26,213 nt of DNA from a virus (IMGVR_UViG_3300022670_000572:1-26213); one strand, 5' to 3'; numbered from the stretch's first letter, positions 10,403 through 18,350 are shown. Numbers and translations: made by a program. The notes: a model not told the origin generated them from the sequence alone.

Positions 10403-10444
10403 CACTCGTCCATCACTTCTCCTCAAAAATTATTTATCAGTAAT
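10205..10444. repeat. Direct repeat TTATTTATCAGT(g/a)AT at 10205-10219 and 10430-10444
   Basis: 12 identical bp (14 of 15); both copies encode the C-terminal ITDK-stop of adjacent - strand genes. Confidence 0.75.
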
Positions 10445-10732
10445 AACATGCACACCTTCAAATTTACTTTCGTTATCGTCATCAATAATTAGTACTGCAT
10501 ATTCTGGATAATCAAAATCAGCAGATTTAAAAACTGATATAATTTCATATATTTTATCATCACCTAAAGAGCGATAAGAAGCACCGTAAGATTCAAAAGA
10601 AAGAACTTTATCACCTCCACATTTAGTACAGTCAGAAACTTGAAAAAAATCAATCCTAGTTTTTTTTGATATTTCTTTCACAGCAGCACTATCAAAAACA
10701 CAAGTTATTATAATATCTGTTGTATTAGCCAT
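10430..10732 (-). CDS. Hypothetical phage protein
   Basis: MANTTDIII...CGGDK...YPEYAVLIIDDD; purine-rich SD; overlaps the upstream stop. Confidence 0.75.
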   Translation of the reverse strand: MANTTDIIITCVFDSAAVKEISKKTRIDFFQVSDCTKCGGDKVLSFESYGASYRSLGDDKIYEIISVFKSADFDYPEYAVLIIDDDNESKFEGVHVITDK

Positions 10733-11060
10733 CCTTCCCCCACTCCTCAAAAATCAAATTAGCCTGATCTTGCCAAGTCCTAGAATTTTCCTTGGCAGTT
10801 TCCACAATTTTAGCATCAACATCAGGCGCAACAGTTACCCACCTTTTAACGCCCGCAATTTTCCGTTGTTTAACTTCCTTGGCCCTCTTTTCTTTTTTCG
10901 GAAATTTATCAGCATGTTTCAACCTAATTTTGTGCGCTGTTTTTGAAGATACACAGCACCTTAAAGCAGATGCACGAACTGAAGCACCCAACAGCATGCA
11001 AGCAAGAACAGCATCCTCATTTTTGTATTTAATCTGTTTTATTGATTTTGGATCTATCAC
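10725..11060 (-). CDS. Putative DNA-binding regulator (N-terminal HTH-like, C-terminal Arc/ribbon-helix-helix-like)
   Basis: 'GASVRASALRCCVSSKTAHKIR' fits an HTH pattern; 'KRWVTVAPDVDAKIVETAKENSRTWQDQANLIFEEW' fits an RHH pattern; SD GGGGAGG before a GTG start. Confidence 0.6.
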   Translation of the reverse strand: MIDPKSIKQIKYKNEDAVLACMLLGASVRASALRCCVSSKTAHKIRLKHADKFPKKEKRAKEVKQRKIAGVKRWVTVAPDVDAKIVETAKENSRTWQDQANLIFEEWGKDG

Positions 11061-11260
11061 TCCTCCCCCTTATTAGATTTTTTCAAAATTTCTTTCAATA
11101 TTTTCCGGTGTTGGTTCTGAGCCTGTTGACTTTCTGATTTTGAAATCAAGCGGCCATCTTCTCCAAATATAGCCACCCCGATTATTTTAACAGGATCAAT
11201 TTCAGCGGCGATTCTATGAACCTCGCGCCATATTTCTTGTTTTATTTCGGTGTTGTTCAT
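11057..11260 (-). CDS. Hypothetical protein
   Basis: SD GGGAG before ATG; GTGA overlap with the next gene. Confidence 0.75.
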   Translation of the reverse strand: MNNTEIKQEIWREVHRIAAEIDPVKIIGVAIFGEDGRLISKSESQQAQNQHRKILKEILKKSNKGEE

Positions 11261-11280
11261 ATTCTCCCTGTTTAAAAATT

Positions 11281-11301
11281 AAAGAAAAGCCCCGTAGGGC
11301 T
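11281..11301 (-). terminator. Intrinsic terminator AGCCC-UACG-GGGCU followed by UUUCUUU
   Basis: 5-bp GC-rich stem, cUACGg tetraloop and U-tract on the - strand. Confidence 0.75.
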
Positions 11302-11421
11302 GGTTAAAAGGCGAGCAAGGTCAAGCCGTACTCACCAGTTTTGTATGTTTTACATCCTACCGGAGCATGATTCTCCTTGTATTTTATGATTGTCGATTGT
11401 TTGGTTTAGGTTAACTCGTTA
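11281..11421 (-). ncRNA. Putative structured leader or sRNA of about 140 nt containing an MLR minigene
   Basis: Lies between a consensus promoter and a terminator; SD AAGGAG then ATG CTC CGG TAG; hairpin GGUGAGUA/UGCUCGCC. Confidence 0.5.
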
Positions 11422-11427
11422 GATTCA

Positions 11428-11455
11428 ATATTACCACACCACCCAACCATGTCAA
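11428..11455 (-). promoter_or_regulatory. Sigma70-type promoter TTGACA-N16-TAATAT with extended -10 TG
   Basis: Consensus -35; TGTGG before the -10; near-identical copy at 22645-22672. Confidence 0.8.
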
Positions 11456-11661
11456 CAAAATAATCATTCATGTAGTAAATAAACCAATCTTTTTTATTAT
11501 CTATTTAATATCATTAACTTTTTAATCCTTCTTTTCTTTTGAATAAATGTTTTGTATACTGCATATTGCAGGTGAGTGTTAAGAAAGTAAAACCTTCTTA
11601 ACAGTAAAGGGTGACATTTTCGTAGGTGTCGCCCCAGAAACACAGTTATTTAAGGGAGAAA

Positions 11662-12075
11662 ATGAAACCAGTATTCATGACTGAATATGACGCATTAAGA
11701 GGAGATTGCGAGCGAGCAAGTGTTGCGACAATATTCGACTTGGAAATAGAACAGGTGCCGCATTTCAGGTTGTTTAATGATGAAACATGGTACAATGTTT
11801 TTTGTTGTTTCATTTGGTCAATGGGTTATGAAGTTATAGGCACAGGACAGCAGCACAAAGACAAGTCATTTGATCCTATTGAGCATGACATCGATGGGCA
11901 TTTATTGGCATGTGTTCCAAGCCTCACATTTAAAGGTAAATTCCATTCAGTTGTAATTACAAAATGTGGTGAAGTGGTCCACGACCCAAACAAAAATAAA
12001 CTTTGGCTTGGTAAAGATGTCATAAGATCCAAAGAATTATTATCATGGGACATTATCAAAAAACGGGAGTCCTGA
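11662..12075 (+). CDS. Small papain-like (Cys-His-Asp) peptidase-like protein
   Basis: 'GDCERAS', 'FHSVV' and 'VVHDP' motifs; SD AAGGGAG supports the ATG at 11662 over the GTG at 11626. Confidence 0.55.
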   Translation: MKPVFMTEYDALRGDCERASVATIFDLEIEQVPHFRLFNDETWYNVFCCFIWSMGYEVIGTGQQHKDKSFDPIEHDIDGHLLACVPSLTFKGKFHSVVITKCGEVVHDPNKNKLWLGKDVIRSKELLSWDIIKKRES

Positions 12076-12076
12076 C

Positions 12077-12325
12077 ATGCCAGACACAACAACAAAACCA
12101 ACACCAGGCCATCAATACACAGTCGTCGTAGGCGACACACTGAAATCAATCGCTGAGTCAGCTTATGGTCTCGGTTCAAAACAAGACCTCATCAGAGACA
12201 TCAATCAGCAACAAATCAAATTTGACGACGTGGAAGATATAGCACCAGGAACCGTTATTATAATTCCTGTTGATACCGTTAATGCTGGATTGAGAGAAAC
12301 ACAACTGCAAAGGGGATTGTCATAG
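12077..12325 (+). CDS. LysM-domain baseplate/tail protein (tail X-like)
   Basis: 'YTVVVGDTLKSIAESAYG...IRDIN...IAPGTVIIIP' LysM signature. Confidence 0.88.
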   Translation: MPDTTTKPTPGHQYTVVVGDTLKSIAESAYGLGSKQDLIRDINQQQIKFDDVEDIAPGTVIIIPVDTVNAGLRETQLQRGLS

Positions 12326-12387
12326 TTGCATACATTACTTAAAATAAACATTCGTAAATTCAATTTAAACCTTATATAAAATTAGAT

Positions 12388-12777
12388 ATGAAAAAAATAT
12401 TAAATTTAGACATTAAATACATCATTGCTTTTATTTTTTCAATTGTCCTTTCAGGAGCAGGTGGTGCCTTAATTAATGGCTCTTCTGATGTTGACGCATT
12501 GAGGAAAGGTATAAATATCGTTATACAAGACGTAATGAAACCCAAAATTGAAGAACTTGAAAAAGCTATTGCTTTAAATACTGAGTTTCGAATATCAGAA
12601 TACATAAAATTAATTACTAAAAACGCAAAAAAAATATTATCAGATCCTACTGATGTTAAAAAGAGCGACATTTTATTATGTATTTCTTATCTGAATAAAA
12701 TACCAGATGAAATAAAAAACGAAGCGCTACAGGCTGATATAGCAATAATAATTGCATGGAATTTAAATAATAGTTAG
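12388..12777 (+). CDS. Hypothetical membrane-anchored protein
   Basis: N-terminal hydrophobic helix (YIIAFIFSIVLSGAGGAL), helical remainder; visibly AT-rich. Confidence 0.65.
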   Translation: MKKILNLDIKYIIAFIFSIVLSGAGGALINGSSDVDALRKGINIVIQDVMKPKIEELEKAIALNTEFRISEYIKLITKNAKKILSDPTDVKKSDILLCISYLNKIPDEIKNEALQADIAIIIAWNLNNS

Positions 12778-12785
12778 TTGTTAAT

Positions 12786-13820
12786 ATGCCCCAAGATTTC
12801 GATTTCAAATTAGCAGGTCAATCCGTCCCTGTATCTGCAGCAAGTCTAATAATGACAATGGACACAGCTGCCGATGGTTTCAGCGGTGTAGATGTCGTAA
12901 TAAATAGGGACACTGAGCCCGAATTATATGAGCTCATCAAAGCTCCAAGATATACACCCGTTGTTATTAACCTTGATGGTGAATTATCATTTACTGGTAA
13001 TCTGACAAAGCGACGCCGTACATCCACAAAATCAGGACGAACAACAATTTTAGGTGGTCTTTCCAGAACATTCAATTTTATACAATCACATATTCCGGCA
13101 AATGTAGGAAATTCCTATGAAATGGTAGGTCTGACTTTACACGGAATAGCTGAATTACTCGCAAAGTCAACCCAAACTAAAGTAGTTTTTGAAACTGAGC
13201 CTGGTGGTGTATTTAATAGGATAACATCAGCAAGAGGTTTATCTGCCTTCGAATTCTTGCGCCCACTTGCGCAAAAACGATCTCAAATAATGTCCTCTAC
13301 GGTAAAAGGTGAATTGTTATTTCATACAGCCAATATTGATGGGGAAACCGTAGGAACTCTTGAAGAAGGTAAATCATTACTTGCTAAGGAATTCAGTGTT
13401 GATTTTGATGACAGTAAAAGATTCAAGACCTATAAAATTATTTCCATGACACCTTTTGGCCGTGCTCAAGCCGTTGTTAGTGATGACAATATTAACCAAC
13501 CACGACATAAAGTAATTGAGGCTGATGGAATTGCAGGCAGTGTTGAAGAAATAGCAGCTTGGCAAAGGAATTTAAGCATAGTCGAGGCCCTAACAATTCC
13601 GGTCCCTGTTGTGGGTTGGACAGCACCAAATGGTAAGCGGTGGGAACCTAACACATTAGTTACTTATAAATCAGAAACAGCATTTGTAGAGAATGGATTT
13701 ACTTTTTTAATAAGGTCAGTTGAGTTCATTTTTAATAAATCAACAAAAACAGCAATAGTGAATATTATACCGCCGAATGTCTACACAAAAAATGCAGTTG
13801 TGGAACCGTGGTTTGAGTGA
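12786..13820 (+). CDS. Baseplate hub protein (Mu gpP/gp44-like)
   Basis: 344 aa; 'DTAADGFS', 'GELSFTG', 'DDSKRF', 'GWTAPNGKRWEPNTLV' motifs. Confidence 0.88.
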   Translation: MPQDFDFKLAGQSVPVSAASLIMTMDTAADGFSGVDVVINRDTEPELYELIKAPRYTPVVINLDGELSFTGNLTKRRRTSTKSGRTTILGGLSRTFNFIQSHIPANVGNSYEMVGLTLHGIAELLAKSTQTKVVFETEPGGVFNRITSARGLSAFEFLRPLAQKRSQIMSSTVKGELLFHTANIDGETVGTLEEGKSLLAKEFSVDFDDSKRFKTYKIISMTPFGRAQAVVSDDNINQPRHKVIEADGIAGSVEEIAAWQRNLSIVEALTIPVPVVGWTAPNGKRWEPNTLVTYKSETAFVENGFTFLIRSVEFIFNKSTKTAIVNIIPPNVYTKNAVVEPWFE

Positions 13821-13861
13821 TATAAAGTAGATATGAAAAATAAACTTGAAAGGGAGATAAT

Positions 13862-14119
13862 ATGAACATTTTAATGGGTAGTGAAAACCATAATGGGTGG
13901 AAATTAGAGGATCTTTTATCTGAACTTCAGAAAGAAATTACTGAAAAATCGCTTAAAATAGCTAAAGATAACTCAATTGAATCTAAAACAGTACAAAATA
14001 ATAATGGCCAAATTATAGGGCTGTTAAAACAGGCAGAACATTTGCAACGACAATCATATGCTATTTTAGATAATTTAGCACCGAATGAAGGACCAGACGG
14101 AAAACCTCGAATCGGATGA
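13862..14119 (+). CDS. Hypothetical helical phage protein (moron-like)
   Basis: Own SD AGGGAG; ATGA overlap with the spike gene. Confidence 0.75.
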   Translation: MNILMGSENHNGWKLEDLLSELQKEITEKSLKIAKDNSIESKTVQNNNGQIIGLLKQAEHLQRQSYAILDNLAPNEGPDGKPRIG

Positions 14120-14787
14120 AGCTTGAAGACGGGAAAATACTAAATTCTGAAATAAAAAAAAATATTGATGCTGAAATACCAACACAGTTATTTCAAGTAG
14201 AACTTGCAGAGAAAGGGGATGCACAGACTATTGAAGAGCTACATATCCCTAATTTTCAATACAGGCCCGAAGACGGTGCAAGGGGTTTTGTAGGATGGAT
14301 AACAAGACAGTGGAGGGCGTTTTTTAGCATTAACGATCAAGTTACAAAACTGGTTATCAATAAAGGTGAATGTGTTGTTTACAGTGTTTCTGGTGGTGTA
14401 ATAAAAGCCAAAGCACATTTTAAAAAAGATGGTAGTATTGATATTGAAGCGGCGGCTGGTCTAAATATAACTGGACCTGTAAATATAACTGGTGATGTTG
14501 ATATAACAGGCACAATTGATGCAACTGGAATTATTCATTCAGATATTGATGTAACAGGACCGAATATCAGTTTAGAGTCTCATTTACATTTAGGTGAATT
14601 AGGTGGAACAGTTGGACCACCTACAACAGCATCAGTGTCAACACCGAACCCAGCAACACCAGGTGTTGGAATTGATGTTGGATCAAATGAACTGACAGCA
14701 AATGGAAAAACTTTAAGTGGACACACTCATGCTCAACCAAATGACGGTGGTGGCAATGTTGAACAAGAAACAGCCGCACCAACATAA
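14116..14787 (+). CDS. Baseplate central spike (Mu gp45 / gpV-like)
   Basis: OB-like N-terminus, 'KGECVVYS', beta-helix-type repeats (NITGPVNITGDVDITG) and HxH apex motifs. Confidence 0.85.
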   Translation: MKLEDGKILNSEIKKNIDAEIPTQLFQVELAEKGDAQTIEELHIPNFQYRPEDGARGFVGWITRQWRAFFSINDQVTKLVINKGECVVYSVSGGVIKAKAHFKKDGSIDIEAAAGLNITGPVNITGDVDITGTIDATGIIHSDIDVTGPNISLESHLHLGELGGTVGPPTTASVSTPNPATPGVGIDVGSNELTANGKTLSGHTHAQPNDGGGNVEQETAAPT

Positions 14788-14792
14788 ACCCA

Positions 14793-14846
14793 GGCATGAT
14801 CAAAAACAACTGGTTTCTCCCGATCAGTTCGATTTTTGGTCATGTC
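14793..14846 (+). other. Long imperfect intergenic hairpin
   Basis: GGCATGATCAAAAA/TTTTTGGTCATGTC (14 bp including G-U) plus inner AACTGGT/ATCAGTT. Confidence 0.65.
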
Positions 14847-14861
14847 GCTCAACTTTAAATT

Positions 14862-15299
14862 ATGGCTGATTTATTCGATGGTGATGTTTTTATATCTGTA
14901 GATGGCGACGGCGCAGAAATGCATTTTAAAGGCGGTCAACCTGTCATGGATAAAGGTTTTGAAACCCATACAACGTTTGCGCTTGGAACAGTACCAGGAT
15001 GGTGGGGTAATGATATTGAACCCATTGCAGAACGTAGAATTGAAAGCCAATACATGGTTGAGAGTCATAAACCGATTACCAGACAACAACTAATTGATAC
15101 ATCTAGAGCCGCAGAACGTGACGTATCAGGCCCAGAATTCGAACTCGTTGCAGCGGTAACAAATAATCCAGATGGTGACAGGTTGAATACTGAAATACTT
15201 TATACACCGACAAGCCGTGATCCTTTAATTTTAAGACTTCAGAAAAATGGTTTAAATTGGTTGTTCCAACGTGATGACCCAGCACATAAATTAATATGA
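14862..15299 (+). CDS. Baseplate wedge protein (Mu gp46-like)
   Basis: 'GDV' and 'GWWGN' motifs; sits between the spike and J-like genes. Confidence 0.8.
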   Translation: MADLFDGDVFISVDGDGAEMHFKGGQPVMDKGFETHTTFALGTVPGWWGNDIEPIAERRIESQYMVESHKPITRQQLIDTSRAAERDVSGPEFELVAAVTNNPDGDRLNTEILYTPTSRDPLILRLQKNGLNWLFQRDDPAHKLI

Positions 15300-15376
15300 C
15301 AGACATAATATTATTTTTATATTGTTTCATTTTTATTTCTACATGGGCATACATTTTATCAAGGCGTGGTAAATAA
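15296..15376 (+). CDS. Unannotated 26-aa single-pass membrane peptide
   Basis: MTDIILFLYCFIFISTWAYILSRRGK*; ATGA overlap upstream; its stop abuts the next ATG. Confidence 0.6.
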   Translation: MTDIILFLYCFIFISTWAYILSRRGK

Positions 15377-16552
15377 ATGGCAAGTTTTCCAACTCTCTTA
15401 CAACTTAAAAATACTTTCTTGCTCACCTATGAAAGTAAAATAGGCCAGAATTCCCCATTAAATGACAAGGCTTTCTTGCGCCTGACTTCATCAATTTGGG
15501 CTGTAATCGGAACGTTACTTCAAAAAGAAGTCATAACAGCACAACGTGAAAATCTAGCAATTACAGCCAGCCGAACCGGATTAATTAGAATTGGAAATGA
15601 ATATGATTTACCGATTAAAGCGGCGGTTTCAACTGTTTTAAATGTAACACTTCCAGCAACAACAGGCGTTCAAATTCCAGCGGGTACAAATTTTACAGGT
15701 ACAGATAATGGTATACTTTATTTTAATGCTGAGGTTGCGACGAGTGTCGGTGGTGTTGTCACATTTCAACTTACATCACGAACACCCGGGGCAATCGGTA
15801 ATCTTGCTGCGGCTCAAACTCTCGATATTTCCAGACAAATACCAGGGGCCGAACTAATAGCAACGGTTGTAACAGTCGAAACCACTGGAGCAGACGAAGA
15901 GGAAACAGAAGTTTACAGGCAACGAGTACTTGACATCATAAGAGCACCAGGCGGCGGCGGTAATTCAGCTGATTTCAGGAATTGGGCACAACAGCAAGAA
16001 GGCGTAACAAGAGCTTATCCATATTCAGGCGCAACTTTTCCTGCGGTTGGTGGTTCACCTCCTGAGCGTGTTGTTTATATTGAGGCAGATACTTCAATTG
16101 ATGTCGATGGAATCGCACCACAATCTTTACTTGATGACACAAAATTAACAATTATAACAGATCCAGACACATTACAGCATAGGCAACCTTTAGGAATTAC
16201 AAATGATACTCTTGACGTTGTTTCAATTCGCAGAACTTCTTTCCTAACTGAAATCAGGAATTCTTTATTTTTAAACGGTACAGAAGCAGCCGTCAAAGCA
16301 AAGGTTGATACTGCAGTAACTAATTATTTTTTGAGCCTGAATCCGTTTGTTGTCGGGCTTGATATTGATGCCGATAGAAATGATTTAATAACAGATTTTA
16401 CTATAACTGAAGTTGTTCAGGACGTATTAAGGGCAAACGGAGCAAGTGCTGAAGGAATAGGATTTAAATTAATCACAGGTTCTTTTTTACCAAGTTTTCA
16501 ACTAGGGCAAGGTGAGAAGGCTAAAAATGGGGGTGTGAGTTATATCCCATGA
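15377..16552 (+). CDS. Baseplate J-like wedge protein (Mu gp47-like)
   Basis: 'IPAGT', 'GAIGNL', 'GADEEETEVYRQR', 'GGGNSADFRNWA', 'GVTRAYPY' motifs. Confidence 0.93.
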   Translation: MASFPTLLQLKNTFLLTYESKIGQNSPLNDKAFLRLTSSIWAVIGTLLQKEVITAQRENLAITASRTGLIRIGNEYDLPIKAAVSTVLNVTLPATTGVQIPAGTNFTGTDNGILYFNAEVATSVGGVVTFQLTSRTPGAIGNLAAAQTLDISRQIPGAELIATVVTVETTGADEEETEVYRQRVLDIIRAPGGGGNSADFRNWAQQQEGVTRAYPYSGATFPAVGGSPPERVVYIEADTSIDVDGIAPQSLLDDTKLTIITDPDTLQHRQPLGITNDTLDVVSIRRTSFLTEIRNSLFLNGTEAAVKAKVDTAVTNYFLSLNPFVVGLDIDADRNDLITDFTITEVVQDVLRANGASAEGIGFKLITGSFLPSFQLGQGEKAKNGGVSYIP

Positions 16553-17340
16553 CATTCATGCGAAAAGTTTTAGACCTTACATTTCCAAAAGGTCCAGCAC
16601 ATACACCAAGACCAGATGGTGATTATGATAAATTCAGAGATGCTACAGCCGATAATATTGACGTCATAAGATCAGATGTAAAAAACACGGCGTTTATTAG
16701 GACACCAGATAAAACGGATAATCTTGATGATTTAGAACGTGAATACGGGATAACAAAAAATACTAATCTCTCAATAACTGAACGAACAGCAGTCTTAAAA
16801 TCAATCAGATATGCCAAGGCTACAACCGGAAACGATGATGACTTGCAAATCATGCTTGATAATGCAGGGTTTAATTTAACAGTTTACAACAATTCTCCAG
16901 ATGGGCCTGCAATTGATCCAGATATTATTTTAAATCAAAATTTTAAAATGCAAGCTGGAGATTTGACAAATGATTTCGCCGGTCAGGATGATGCATATGC
17001 CGGAAGGGTAGGCGGTGAATTATTAGTAAATGGTGATGTATTCGAACAAACAGTGGCTTTTTTCGGGGCTGGTGATGTATTCGCAGGAAATGACAACGCC
17101 GTTGCTGGATTTTTTGAAAGATTAAATCAGACATTAATTGTCTATGATATCCCAACAGATCCTAATGATTTCCCGCTGGTTTTTTTCGTAGGTGGGGCCG
17201 CTACATTTGCCGGTGATGGATCAATATTAACAATTGAACAAGGGCTAGTACCAAGCCAGCAAGAAAAACAATTAAAAGACATAATTCTAAAATTTAAGGG
17301 CCTGTATTCGTGGTGCGGGCTTGTGGTAACTTTTACGTAA
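16549..17340 (+). CDS. Baseplate protein (Mu gp48 / YmfQ-like)
   Basis: 'FPKGPA' and 'LDDLEREYGI' motifs; follows the J-like gene with an ATGA overlap. Confidence 0.75.
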   Translation: MTFMRKVLDLTFPKGPAHTPRPDGDYDKFRDATADNIDVIRSDVKNTAFIRTPDKTDNLDDLEREYGITKNTNLSITERTAVLKSIRYAKATTGNDDDLQIMLDNAGFNLTVYNNSPDGPAIDPDIILNQNFKMQAGDLTNDFAGQDDAYAGRVGGELLVNGDVFEQTVAFFGAGDVFAGNDNAVAGFFERLNQTLIVYDIPTDPNDFPLVFFVGGAATFAGDGSILTIEQGLVPSQQEKQLKDIILKFKGLYSWCGLVVTFT

Positions 17341-17348
17341 GGTAAATT

Positions 17349-18350
17349 ATGAAAGATTGGGCAGCAGTACAAGCATTTAAAAGCGGCGTGTTTCCTGACG
17401 TACTAGCGATAAACTCGACAGGCGCAGCAACACAAGACGGTACTGAATATATTGCAGAACAAATTAACAATGGGATGTTTGGGCCTACTCAAGCCATGAT
17501 GGATTATGCTGCAGGCGGCACAAATCCTGATGTCGGAACAGTAGGTGTGCCAAATGGTGTAACTGAAGCTGCTGGATTTAGTCAATTGATTGAGGCCATG
17601 CATAAAGGTTTCGGAATCGGCCCGGGTGTGTATAAACCTTATGGTAAATTTTTAGATCCAAGTGTAACAGGTGATAGAATTTTATTATTATCTGGACAAG
17701 GTGTTTTAATTGCTTCTTTTCCTGAATTAGTAGCTGCAACTTATGTAGGAGATGGTAACAACCCAACAGCGCCATTTTTTTATAAATCCGTTTTAGCTGA
17801 TGGGCTGACAAGAGACACAGCGGGACCATTTTTTATATTGCCAGAATCAAGAGATTATCTTTTTCCTAATGGACCAAGAATTACAAAGGCTTTTTGGCAC
17901 ACAGTAAACGGTTATGGTTCAACTAACAATAAAATTCAAAAATTTACAACGAATGTTGATGTTTCTGATGATGTAGTTGTTACTATTGTTAATAGTGCGA
18001 CATTAGGTTTTTCAATTACTGCTAATATGAAATGTAGAATATATGTTACATATAGCCCCTTGACAGATGGGACTACTTTTTCTGGTATAAGCAAAAATTC
18101 CGCTCAGTTGACTACAGGTATATCTTCTATAACAACTGCAGACAGGATGACGGTCTCTTTCCAGACTGGTGCAGTAGCGGATGAAGTGGACTCTATAAGT
18201 TGGAGTGATATTATTAATAATACTGATGTAATAAGGCCCCACACTGATGGAGGGGCATCAGGAAGCACCCCTGCTTTAGGGTCAATAACAGTCTTAGCTA
18301 TTGAAGCCCCACGTGAAAATTCAGCCACAGTGCAAGGCATAACATACTAA
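17349..18350 (+). CDS. Tail fibre protein with tail-collar-like domain
   Basis: 'FPELVAA' and 'FFILPESR' collar motifs, C-terminal 'PREN...ITY'; lies after the baseplate genes. Confidence 0.75.
   Translation: MKDWAAVQAFKSGVFPDVLAINSTGAATQDGTEYIAEQINNGMFGPTQAMMDYAAGGTNPDVGTVGVPNGVTEAAGFSQLIEAMHKGFGIGPGVYKPYGKFLDPSVTGDRILLLSGQGVLIASFPELVAATYVGDGNNPTAPFFYKSVLADGLTRDTAGPFFILPESRDYLFPNGPRITKAFWHTVNGYGSTNNKIQKFTTNVDVSDDVVVTIVNSATLGFSITANMKCRIYVTYSPLTDGTTFSGISKNSAQLTTGISSITTADRMTVSFQTGAVADEVDSISWSDIINNTDVIRPHTDGGASGSTPALGSITVLAIEAPRENSATVQGITY

Noticed and set aside
11357-11368. Genome-wide TAG recoding suggested by the early amber stop
   Set aside because: Long genes are uninterrupted in the standard code, TAG ends normal genes (e.g. 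at 1279 and 12325), and read-through would reach TGA 12 codons later
11559-11645. Hammerhead ribozyme
   Set aside because: No CUGANGA core correctly placed relative to GAAA
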